64,000 nucleotides of DNA, taken from assembly GCA_008632985.1 (NCBI GenBank), contig QPGO01000031.1:62001-126000 (forward strand), given 5' to 3'. The translations under genes and the position numbers were made by a program. The stretch is from Psammoneis japonica. Its lineage: Eukaryota. The notes beneath the pieces are model-generated. The model was not told the DNA's origin. It did not search any database and saw only the letters and a program-made list of their open reading frames with translations. Each line of letters begins with the position of its first letter. The first letter of the stretch is position 1. This document shows, one piece after another, positions 45,058-55,231 of this stretch.

Positions 45058-46851
45058 TTGGAATTGCTCATTTCATTTTTCGAAAAAATGCTCGAGCTGT
45101 TATTATCAGTTTTCATTTTTCATCTCACAGCTCACGCTCAACAGCGTTGCTGCGAGTTCTCTTCAATCCATTATTACACCCATCCTATTCGGACTTTTCT
45201 CATACTGTACTATACGTGTATGTCCCAGGTGATTTATGCTACAATACTTGTGTTATTCGTTGCTGTTTTATCGAGTAGGCAGCGACGGCAGGCGCTACAA
45301 GGTCTCATCAAGAAGTTTCTTGAACGCACGAGGTATCGTCATGTACTGGCTTCCATCTTGAGTTACCGATTTTTCTTTGCTGGCTTTGTGCGGAACCAAG
45401 TGAAACAATGCAATGATGACGAATCTGTGCAAAAGCGTCAAGCCATTGTAAAGCGATTCGCCAAGTACGTGAAGGACTCTGGAATTTACGATACTCTTTC
45501 GGAGGGATTTTTGAACCGTCGTGTTCTGTGGAACTTGATGATTCTCTATCATGTTCAACGTCACATCGTTTTCCTGTCGTCTAAGGATAGCAATTCCAAA
45601 TATAAGAAAAACCAAACAAGTACCAACTCCACCGCGAACGACCCAACAGAGTTCCAAGAAGCTGCTAGAATATTCAATTTTGCCACGGTGGTTTACGGTC
45701 CTGACGTTGTTGCCGCTGTAGAGCGAGAATCGTTTGGTCAGAGTGATACACACGAGCACCATAGTGATGGCAAGAGAATATGTTCCGTTGCCCAGAGCCG
45801 TCGCCATTCTGAAATCCTGTGTCATTTGACAGGTGTTTGCAAGCGCGAGGCCATACTCGTGCGCAACATGGAGTATGGAGGAACGTTGGAATACACCAAC
45901 CACACGGTCGTGTTGGATCACATGCACAAGCAAATCATATTTGCCATTCGAGGCACATTGTCATATTCTGATGCGTTAGTGGATATGGAAGCCAACACGG
46001 TTGATTTCTGTGGCGGCCAGGCTCATGCTGGCATGGTAAGAATGGCCAGGGCGACATGGACCATGGCAACAAAGGGAATGTGTGGAACCTTTCAAGAAGT
46101 GTCCCCTGAGTATGAATTGGTGTTTTCTGGACATTCCCTTGGAGCTGGTGTGGCTACCTTGATGGCCATCATGGTTATGCACGAAAAGCTAGTGGAACGC
46201 GAAGTGAAATGCTTTGCGTACGCTCCTCCCGCTACTTTTTATCCCTCTAGCGTTCTGGAAAAGAAAGGAATCCTAAAGAATTTGTCGGCTTTTGTATATG
46301 GAAACGACTTTGTTCCTTTCTTCTCCGTACACAGTACTCGCATTATGAATGGGAGCCTCGCGGCAATTGATTCCGAAACCACAAAGCTAGGATTCGCTTC
46401 AAATATAAAGTTGGCGTTGGGTTGGCAGGAACCGACAAAGAGCATGTGTGATGCGGTGATGAGACAGTCTACACATGTCATCCCTATTGGTGGTGCAGCT
46501 CCATTGACAGTGATGGCGGACAAGATTGTATGGTTCCGAAGAGCAGCTGATTCAACTTTGGCGGTGTGCCACTATGATCCCGATGCCTTGTTGAATCGAC
46601 CAATGCCTTTGAGCTTGACAATGATAACCGACCATTCACCGGGAAGATATGACTTTGCATTTAGCAAGCTGACAGGGGAGAAATCGCAGCACCGATTCCC
46701 CATGCTGCCAAAGACACTTTCGAGACGAATAGATGTCTTCATGGGTCCACCTTCGCGTCGCCGCGGATTGATTCGACATAACGCGCAACGAAATCTTTGT
46801 CCACTTGCTACAGAGTGCGGCAATATGCATGAAAGGAGCAAAAAGCAGTAG
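45058..46851 (+). CDS. class-3 lipase (diacylglycerol-lipase-like); start uncertain
   Basis: AIRGTLS, AHAGM, GHSLGAG nucleophile elbow, DFVP and a late DH motif. Hydrophobic N-terminal segment. Confidence 0.88.
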   Translation: MELLISFFEKMLELLLSVFIFHLTAHAQQRCCEFSSIHYYTHPIRTFLILYYTCMSQVIYATILVLFVAVLSSRQRRQALQGLIKKFLERTRYRHVLASILSYRFFFAGFVRNQVKQCNDDESVQKRQAIVKRFAKYVKDSGIYDTLSEGFLNRRVLWNLMILYHVQRHIVFLSSKDSNSKYKKNQTSTNSTANDPTEFQEAARIFNFATVVYGPDVVAAVERESFGQSDTHEHHSDGKRICSVAQSRRHSEILCHLTGVCKREAILVRNMEYGGTLEYTNHTVVLDHMHKQIIFAIRGTLSYSDALVDMEANTVDFCGGQAHAGMVRMARATWTMATKGMCGTFQEVSPEYELVFSGHSLGAGVATLMAIMVMHEKLVEREVKCFAYAPPATFYPSSVLEKKGILKNLSAFVYGNDFVPFFSVHSTRIMNGSLAAIDSETTKLGFASNIKLALGWQEPTKSMCDAVMRQSTHVIPIGGAAPLTVMADKIVWFRRAADSTLAVCHYDPDALLNRPMPLSLTMITDHSPGRYDFAFSKLTGEKSQHRFPMLPKTLSRRIDVFMGPPSRRRGLIRHNAQRNLCPLATECGNMHERSKKQ

Positions 46852-47237
46852 AAGTAATGCTACTTCTATAGGCGGTGATTGGGCCCGGCAAACGAGAAAG
46901 GTTTGAAAGCACGATATCTTCCTTAGAAGCAGCTTGTAGCGATCGAGATGTAGATGGTGGAAGTCTTTCAATATGGACGGCATACTGTCAATTTGAAGAC
47001 TGTTTGAGAGTATTTCATGCAAGGGCTTTGTGCGGTTTGCTAGTGTTTAACCCATCTTTCACGAAAGGGTCTGCTTTTCTCCGATACTCTACTTTCGATA
47101 ATCACTAAGTAGCTCGACTTTGGTACCGATTCATTAGTTACCACTCCCAGCTTGAAACTGCTGTAAGCGAGGACTCTCTAGCCCTCTCTACCGGTAGCTC
47201 ACAGAGGCTCTTAGCTCTTCAGTATGGTACATCATAC

Positions 47238-47335
47238 TCTAGCTAGAAGTAGCTACTCTAGCTCCTAGAGAGGGCCTCTCTACCGGTCTAGCTAGAAGTA
47301 GCTACTCTAGCTCCTAGAGAGGGCCTCTCTACCGG
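47238..47335. repeat. 2 x 49-bp perfect tandem repeat within a TAG/CTAG island
   Basis: tctagctagaagtagctactctagctcctagagagggcctctctaccgg occurs twice. Confidence 0.9.
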
Positions 47336-48368
47336 TAGAGCTAGTAGTAGATTAGAGCATCTTCGCCAGTGAGTCGTAAACATAAACCTATGTCCGTACG
47401 TCTTCCGATACGAATGAGATTCACAAAAAATCATCATTTTCGGTGGATCGTAAACATATTTTTTGCGCTAATAACCCTTTTGAATTTACGATTCATGAAA
47501 GTGAATCGCAAATCAGGCCTTGGATACGATCCACCTCCAAAATCGTAAACGAAAATCGTAAATTTCTGGTACAAAAAGGGTGTAGAAATCCTGTAGAAAG
47601 TGCGTGTCACCATGACGAAACGACAATCGACGCTTTCTTGATGAGAGGACCTTACAGAGGCCCAACAATTAAGACTTTGTCGTATCTTATGAACTTACAT
47701 ACGGCCGCATCGAGATATGGGAGGAGAACCGACATATGGGGGGTTTATGGGGTCAGAAGAGAATAAGGCATAAATCGTGTGATAACATTTCGCTTGTTTT
47801 CGCGATGTAGAATGACTTTCACAACATAGTAACACATAGATTATTCTCTATTGATAGACGTCGACATATCTTTGAATAGACGGTGATTTGTGTCGTATAT
47901 TGCGTTCAAAGCCGCCACGGCGTCATGTAAAATTCAACAAGTCCGTCCTACCATCAGTTAGTTATTGATATACGTGTATGGAGTTGGTTGTTACCTCAAC
48001 GTCTGCCCAACCATCGGCCGAATGTGAATACGATCGTGATCGACTGAAAATTTTTTTTGGAGGGACGCGGAGCGTCCCTGGAGGGACATTTGTCCCGCGG
48101 AGCGGGAGGGACGCGCGAAGCGCGCCCCCGAGGGACAGGGTGTCCCTCGGGTCCCTCGCAAATCGGCCGGAAATCGACGGGTGGAGCCGCCGACCAGACC
48201 GGTCACCCTACGACGGACGACAGACGGTCCGACCACCGCACTACCGCCGCTCGCTCGTTGCTGCTGTTGCACCAGCAGCAGGGCCTAGTCTACCGTTTTC
48301 ATTGCCATTGTTGCGATTCGTTGCGATTGGACTTGTATGGCATACGCTGTCGGCATCATTTGTCCATA

Positions 48369-50827
48369 ATGCCATCTCTCATCAATGAAAAAGATGCTCC
48401 AACTGCACAGGCCCAGGACGGGTTGGAACCACCAGCAACCACTGCAGCAGGCACCATCTTCTACTCGCATCACAACAATCCATACAAGAAGGACAAGTCC
48501 AGCGACGAGCCGAGCGACGAGGCAAAAGCGAGTGAGGTGGACCACATCAATCGACTTGCCACTGAGCTTGAGGCCTCCTTTTTGGAAGATTCAAACGAGG
48601 ATGAGGCAGAAGAGCGCGAAGACGAATCCATCATGCTCCAAGCATGCGCAGAAATGCAAGACAAAGCAGACCGAACCAAAGATGGCCACAAGACGGCGGT
48701 AGCAGCATTTAATGTTTTTGCCAAAAAAACAGGATATCCACCAGTCCATCAGTTGGAACGAAAGCATCTGCGTGGAGAGACTCTCACCGTGCCGAACTGC
48801 AGCAAATTGATGAGGCAATTCTGCACTTTCTCAATGGAGTGCAAGATTGAACGCGAAGGTGCTCGCAAGGGGACTCATTGGAAGCCTGGGTCGCAGGCAC
48901 AATGTCATTCTGGTGTGCACATGGTGCTCAAGAATGAGTTGGGGCATGGGGCACTTTACAAAAAATCCGAGCATGACGAACTCAACAAAGCCCTAAAAGT
49001 GAGGGCCCGTGTTGCGGCTGTCAAGCGTGGAGAGTCGCCGGAGGATTCGATGGTGGGCCTTCACAGGGAGCTTCTGGAAGAGGTGAATGATGCTCTTCTC
49101 AAGAAAGGATGCCATCATGAAAGAGATGTCACCAACACATTGCACCATGCTGTTGGGCGGACGGCTGAGGCAGGTGCATGGGTGTGGCACACAACCGTTT
49201 GGAACAGTAGCAAGCAGCAACTTGAGAGCGACTGGAGGGAGACAAAAACCGCAAAGAATGGTTTCATGACATGGCACAAGGATGCTGATGGATTCTTGTG
49301 TGACAAACATCACTCCATGGCCGCAAACATTGTCACCATGACGATTCAGTGGAATTTGTGTTTCCAGAGCTGAAAGATCTGGCCAGCGGTGGCGCAGCTG
49401 CAAAGGTGTCTCAAATTCTAAAGAACTTGGTAGATGAAATTGACAACTTGACAAAGGATCACACGAGCCACAGCTTCCGTGTCGGCTCTGCGGATGACAT
49501 GGTGTTCCATCGTTGCTTCAATGTTGTTGCTTCCATTGCTCGCAGCAATTGGGATTTCAAGGGTGATTCTGCAGTATTTGGATGTTGGACTATGAAACTT
49601 TTTGTGGCCATGGCAGGAAAGAATCTGTGCCGGTGGGCTGATCCGAAGCAACACGTTTCAGCCCCCAGTTTGGACTGCATTCTCACCGCTGAAAACGGGC
49701 CGGTGTTGAATTCGTGGATTCACAGCTTGTTCTCTACCAATGGAATAAAGGCGCTTGCTGCTGACGGCCATTTGAAAAACTTTCGTCCTGTAATGCTGGC
49801 CACCTTGCTCATGCACCACCAGGAAGTTATTGACCGATACGGATGCAGCGACAAATTGGTGAGGCGACTAATCGACTCGGCCCGAGTTGTTGGCACACCG
49901 AGCAATCAACTCTTGGAGTGGGGCACGGCAATTAAAGAAGAATTCATTGCAAGTAACGCGGGCAACTTTCACAAGAGTGGCTATACGTCGACCGAAGAGA
50001 AGCAACAAATCCAGATCGACGCTCTGATGAAGCGAGTCGCAAGCATGGAAGCCAAGCAAAAGTCGATGCATGAGGAACTGCGCAGCATGAACAAGAACAT
50101 CGACAATAAGTTGGACCTCATTGTGGACCTTATATCTGGTTCGCCCCAGTCTTCCCCATTGAAGAGGAAGAAACTGTCACCACCTGAAATGTCGGAGGAC
50201 ACGGATAGGACGGAGACTGCTGCAGCGGGGCACGACGCGATGGCTGTCTTGATGCATGCACAGAACACGCAGCCACAATTCAATGCTTACGCTGATGAAA
50301 AGGAACTTCGAGATTCATCGCTTCACGGACTTCTCAAGAAGCTCATTGAATATAGGATCAATTGGAGGAGTGCTCAAAATCCTTTTGGTGCTAAGATTGA
50401 TCGCAAGCTCAAGGCGAAAGTGCTCAAAATCCTCAACGACATGCACCACCCGAGGAACTTGAATACGCTGTTTACAAGTGAGGAGAAGGAGTATCTCAAT
50501 GGCAGCAATCGTCCTCATGCAAAGGATGATGACAACTACACGGCTTGGTGGGACAGGGCTTGCAAGATATTGAAATCCGTGTCTCTCAAGTGTGTTTTTA
50601 ATTTGGTTGAGCAGCACAACAAAGCCGTGCCCTTGTGCAACAAGCTGGTTGATGAAAAGAAGGCAGCATCAACCCGCAGCTTCAAAGCTGGCACAAGTGA
50701 GGAGAGGAAGGTTATTGATGGAAAATCCAAATTGGAAAACAAAGTGGGAGCTGTTGTTTCCGTGTTGGAAAAACTGCAAACGATGATGAACAAGATTGAG
50801 AAAGAGGGCAAGAGGGCGGCGGCTTAA
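48369..50827 (+). pseudogene. tyrosine recombinase (Crypton-like) with a C-terminal coiled-coil/basic extension; frameshift at about 49345; putative catalytic Tyr reads as Cys
   Basis: GRTAE (box I Arg, 49158), ETKT (Lys), HSFRVG (HxxR, 49469-49480), RSNW and AVFG[C] (TGT at 49583-49585) occur in canonical YR order. Confidence 0.8.
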
Positions 50828-50845
50828 AAACTCCAGTCACATTGA

Positions 50846-51080
50846 CAGCAGATTAGCATGCTATTTGTATCTCTAGTGTTTATTGTAAGAGTCTTAATTT
50901 TAACAACCTAATGTGCTCTATCATGCGACACCACTGGCAGTTTCGGATCGACGGCAGATTAGCTTGCTGTTTGCACTGGCATTCCTTGTAGGAGTCTTAA
51001 TTTTAAATACTACATCATATGCTCTATCACATGTCACATGACATACGTTGGTGTGACACTGTCAATAGTTTCGGATCGAC
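50846..51080. repeat. imperfect 2-copy repeat (about 105-125 bp) downstream of the recombinase stop
   Basis: The blocks gcagattagc...gagtcttaattttaa...tgctctatca...gtttcggatcgac occur twice. Confidence 0.8.
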
Positions 51081-52080
51081 AATTGGGAATCGAAATACTG
51101 CACAACCTGGATCCTTCGTACACGCTTTCCTTAGTGCGCGCTTCTCCAAATTTGAAATTGCTGCATGGTTTCAAACAAAACAGAAATCCATAATTCACAA
51201 TGACACACAATGGAATCAAGCTCATTGGATGAATTATACAATTTATGTTAAGAATGAAACAAGCAACGGGAAAATCGGTGAAAGTATCATTGAGATATCA
51301 CGCCGTAAAGTGGGACACCGGCGGCTCGCATCATCGTGCTGCTGCAGTTTGCTGCGTGCAAATTGACTTGGTGAAATTTTGTGAGGGTTTCGTGTCCCTT
51401 GGAAATTGTGCGTGTTGTGTGCGATTGATTATGTGTCTGTGTATGGCACTTGTATGCGTGTCGTGTCCCTCAGGAATTGGGTGTACTGTCCCTCTGAGTC
51501 GGTCTAACACAGAAAATGATGGTCGCGTGCAGAATCGTAAACTTATACGGGGCAGTCTGTTCGCTTGTCCTTTTAGGTTATGTTCCTATGTTTATGTTTA
51601 TGTTTACGACTCACTGGCGAAGATGCTCTTAGACAGGGCCTACAAACGGTGCGGTGGGACAATAGGTACTGTAGGGCTAGTAGTCTCTCTCTCTAGAGTA
51701 GCTACTCTCTACCGGCAGTAGAGGCATTCCGAATCTTCCGGCATTTCTTCGATTTCTTCATGAAACTCTTATGAAAATATTCAGACATGAGCATAATCGG
51801 TACAATGAGTTGACGTGGCGCGACTGGAAGATTCGAGTGGTCGCACCTCACAAATTGAACGCGAAAATGCACTTCCGTCTCGTCATTGGATTCTGATGTC
51901 TGATGTGTCGTCTGGCGTGGTACTGTAATAGACGACTCCAGCTTGACTACCGGTACGACTAGGGCTAGAAGTATTAGTGAGTACTAAGACACCGCCACAA
52001 ACCGAACATAAACACCACATCAGGACTCACTTTCAATCGGTTCTAGCTACGTCTTCGGAAAGAACAGCATCACTTCAAGC

Positions 52081-52920
52081 ATGACGCAAAATTTCTTCAT
52101 GAGAGAATTGCACGAAAGTCATGGAGAGCAACCTGAACATTTTCGTCTAGAAGAAAAGCATCTTATGTTTGTCAAAATTGCTTTGATTGTCGTATTTTCA
52201 GTCTTGTTCCTTTGCACAGCGTTATCTTGTGGGAGGAATACCTGTATGCCAAGTGAAGAACTGAGTGGCGAAGATGAGTTCGGCACGCTTTCACCCGAAG
52301 AAAGGCGAGAACGAAGAGCTCAAGTAATAAAAAGAGGCCTCAAGACGAAAAGATGGACCTGTACAGAAGACAGCCATCAGCGAAGTGATTCTCCAATGAA
52401 GGACGAAACCAGCTCATCGACTATTGATGACGACACGACTGCAGGCAGCTGCTCGACTGGAGTAGACGACAGCGCGCCCCAAAAAGACAGCAGCCCAACA
52501 AAGAGCCCGTCCCAGCGCATATCGTCTCTGTTACAGACAGCATCGTCGAGCAATTTTCTGGTCGCTTCCATATCCAAAATGGTTTTTCCCGAACAAGAAG
52601 ACGAAGAAGTTTGCGCAATTTGCCTCAATGAGTTTGAGGGGGATGACATTGTAGCATACTCGACGAATGCCAATTGTACACACGAATATCATGAAGAATG
52701 CATTACGTCATGGCTCATGAAGAATAACGAATGCCCGCTTTGTCGAAACATTTTTCTAGAGGAAGATAACGTTGATATTGAAAAGCAATCGATACGAGAA
52801 AGCTCTCATAGTACTGCGTCAACAGGAGATGAGTCGTCCCGTGATCAGGAGGTGGATGGTGATAGCCGTGGTGAAAGGCATCGTTTTCGACACTTCTTTG
52901 GCTTTAGACGGAGTAGCTGA
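52081..52920 (+). CDS. RING-H2 E3 ubiquitin ligase with an N-terminal TM helix (ATL/RNF-like)
   Basis: CAICLNEF...CTHEYHEECITSWL...CPLCR and a hydrophobic helix near the N-terminus. Confidence 0.92.
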   Translation: MTQNFFMRELHESHGEQPEHFRLEEKHLMFVKIALIVVFSVLFLCTALSCGRNTCMPSEELSGEDEFGTLSPEERRERRAQVIKRGLKTKRWTCTEDSHQRSDSPMKDETSSSTIDDDTTAGSCSTGVDDSAPQKDSSPTKSPSQRISSLLQTASSSNFLVASISKMVFPEQEDEEVCAICLNEFEGDDIVAYSTNANCTHEYHEECITSWLMKNNECPLCRNIFLEEDNVDIEKQSIRESSHSTASTGDESSRDQEVDGDSRGERHRFRHFFGFRRSS

Positions 52921-53645
52921 AGACTTCATCAATACAGCTGCGTTAGAATATAACGATATTGCTTTTCTCACGTTTTGAAGTCATCGAGAGTGGAACAGCT
53001 TTGTCACACAATGCAGAAGGCGCTACTAGTAGTTTCTTTGAAAAAAGGCCAGACACAAAACGAGGATAGAAGAAACACCATTTGAGTACTTCGACTGTGG
53101 GTAGAGCAGTGTAGCTTGCAAGACAATCCAACTTCGAAATCATTTCCAATCCTCGAATCAACTGTTGAATCGTTTTGCGTTTGTCTTATCTTCGATACAC
53201 TACCGTAGTTTCGAAACAGTGCACTTGATTCTCTAAGCTATTTAGATGAGCTACATAGTTCAGATAAAATTTTAGTGAGTTGTAATCTTCAATCTGACCA
53301 TAGTGAAGTCGACTGATTCGAACAATCTATCATGATGCAGTTTTTGTCCTATCTACGGTGGTGACATACTGGATCATACGATCTTTCAAACGACACAACG
53401 GCAGGGTCAATCTTGTATAGAATAAATGAATAATATATACTCTGAATATAAGTATTAAAACCATTTTATTTAACGCACTATGACTCACAAGGTATCTTCT
53501 TTGATGGATTTCTTTCGAACTGCTTGAAACCGAGTGTCAACGAGAGAACAGAAGGCTTTTTCTTTTCCCGCACACAAAACAACAAACAACCGACTGCTAT
53601 TATGCCACTTTCTCGATCCGAACTTGTAATTGTAAAGCACTCATC

Positions 53646-54389
53646 ATGATTCAGACTCTTCACCACTCACTCATGACGTTGAGATTGCTGCAGGATAGCC
53701 ATGATGAGACTCCGATAGTTTTGAATGCTGGCGCTTCCTCGGCATCTTTCTCGTGGCTTGACCTTATTGTCTACATTGTTGCAATTGGAGGTCTTCTGTT
53801 GTTTTCTAAATGGGTTTGCTGTGGGCTTCGACTCAGGGCTGTTGTTGTAACATCCGTCGAAGAAGACAATGATTGGACACCAGAACGAGAGGCACGAAGA
53901 GCTGAGGTGATTAAGAATGGCCTAAAGACGAGAAAGTGGACCCCACCATCAAGCGAGAATGATGGCGACGACGCGACTACAGACAGTAGCTCGACCAAAG
54001 AAGACTGCGCTGCTGAAAAAGATGACAGCTCAACAAAGACGACATCAATACGTTTATCGTTCGTGTTACAGACTGCCGCGTCGAGCATCTCCAAGATGGC
54101 GTTTTCTGATGAAAACGATGAAGACGTGTGCGCGATTTGTCTCAGCGGGTTTGAGCAGGACGACATTGTGGCTTATGCTGCTCACCCCGACTGCAAGCAT
54201 GAATATCATGCAGAATGCATATCATCGTGGCTCATTAAGAACAAGGATTGTCCCCTTTGTCGCAAAACGTTTCTCGAGGAAGATGTTGTGGACTTGGAAC
54301 AGCAAAAAGTGACCCAAGAGCCAGTGGGTGCATCCTCGTCTTTGCAAGTAATCAATGGAAATGAAAACAATGAAGCACAACTATACTGA
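53646..54389 (+). CDS. RING-H2 E3 ubiquitin ligase, tandem paralog of 52081-52920
   Basis: CAICLSGF...CKHEYHAECISSWL...CPLCR. Shares the RRAxVIKxGLKT and LQTA..SISKM segments. Confidence 0.92.
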   Translation: MIQTLHHSLMTLRLLQDSHDETPIVLNAGASSASFSWLDLIVYIVAIGGLLLFSKWVCCGLRLRAVVVTSVEEDNDWTPEREARRAEVIKNGLKTRKWTPPSSENDGDDATTDSSSTKEDCAAEKDDSSTKTTSIRLSFVLQTAASSISKMAFSDENDEDVCAICLSGFEQDDIVAYAAHPDCKHEYHAECISSWLIKNKDCPLCRKTFLEEDVVDLEQQKVTQEPVGASSSLQVINGNENNEAQLY

Positions 54390-55231
54390 TAACAACGCGT
54401 TCGAGGCCTATACGGCTTTTAACTAGTTCGTGTCTCTCCTCAGGAGCACACCGACAGACGTGAGCTTGTTTTATTTTGAAGTCATGTCATTACACGTTAA
54501 ATTTTTAATTACATAAGAACATTCCTATATTGAAACAGTGTGCCTAAGCGTTGTACAAAGCGTTGATAATAGACCAAAGTTTTTGTCTCGAAAGTGGTAG
54601 TCATTCATTCTGTGTTATCGTTCAATTACAGTAGATCGCTCCTGCGGGAAGGGCGGGAAGAAGCAATGGCAACATCAGCATCATGCATCTTTCGCGCGAT
54701 CAGATCCGGTGGCCATACAAGACTCAACGCCACGCAACGCAAGACTCACTTGTTAATTGCTGTCGTTGAATATAAGCCTCAACTATTAATATCTTATTAT
54801 TGGGTATCAAGTTTTCACCCGATTTCTCTTTCCGAAAATATTATGAACATATTCAAATGTGAAGGTAATTTATATTTTAATTTTTTGGGCTAGTTAGATC
54901 CCTTCAATCAATAACGTTTAAATATTGATATATATTATAATTTTTATACATATACGCTCGGCGATATCTTCGCTCGACGAATGTCTTGAGTATCGAAAGT
55001 GTGCACCGTAGTACTAATCCACGCTTTTTCTACGTGTCACAACGAACTGGCATCTGACGGAACAGGCGAAAGCACAGCGATGGACCTGCGAGCACCTCCA
55101 TTGAAGGGGCTTACGTGCATCCGTTGTTGTGCTTGACAAGCGAGTTAACAGAGCTTGTCGTGCCGAGCTGCTTTGTAGCACCAACCGTTATCCCTTGAAG
55201 AATAGCTAGAAGCCGGTCAAGCTCTCTCAAG

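Larger units (their letters stand above)
47355..51628 (+). mobile_element. 4,274-bp TIR element (33-bp perfect TIRs, TTA TSD, PIF/Harbinger-like ends) carrying a tyrosine recombinase gene
   Basis: tta|GAGCATCTTCGCCAGTGAGTCGTAAACATAAAC (47355-47387) ... GTTTATGTTTACGACTCACTGGCGAAGATGCTC|tta (51596-51628). Confidence 0.92.
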
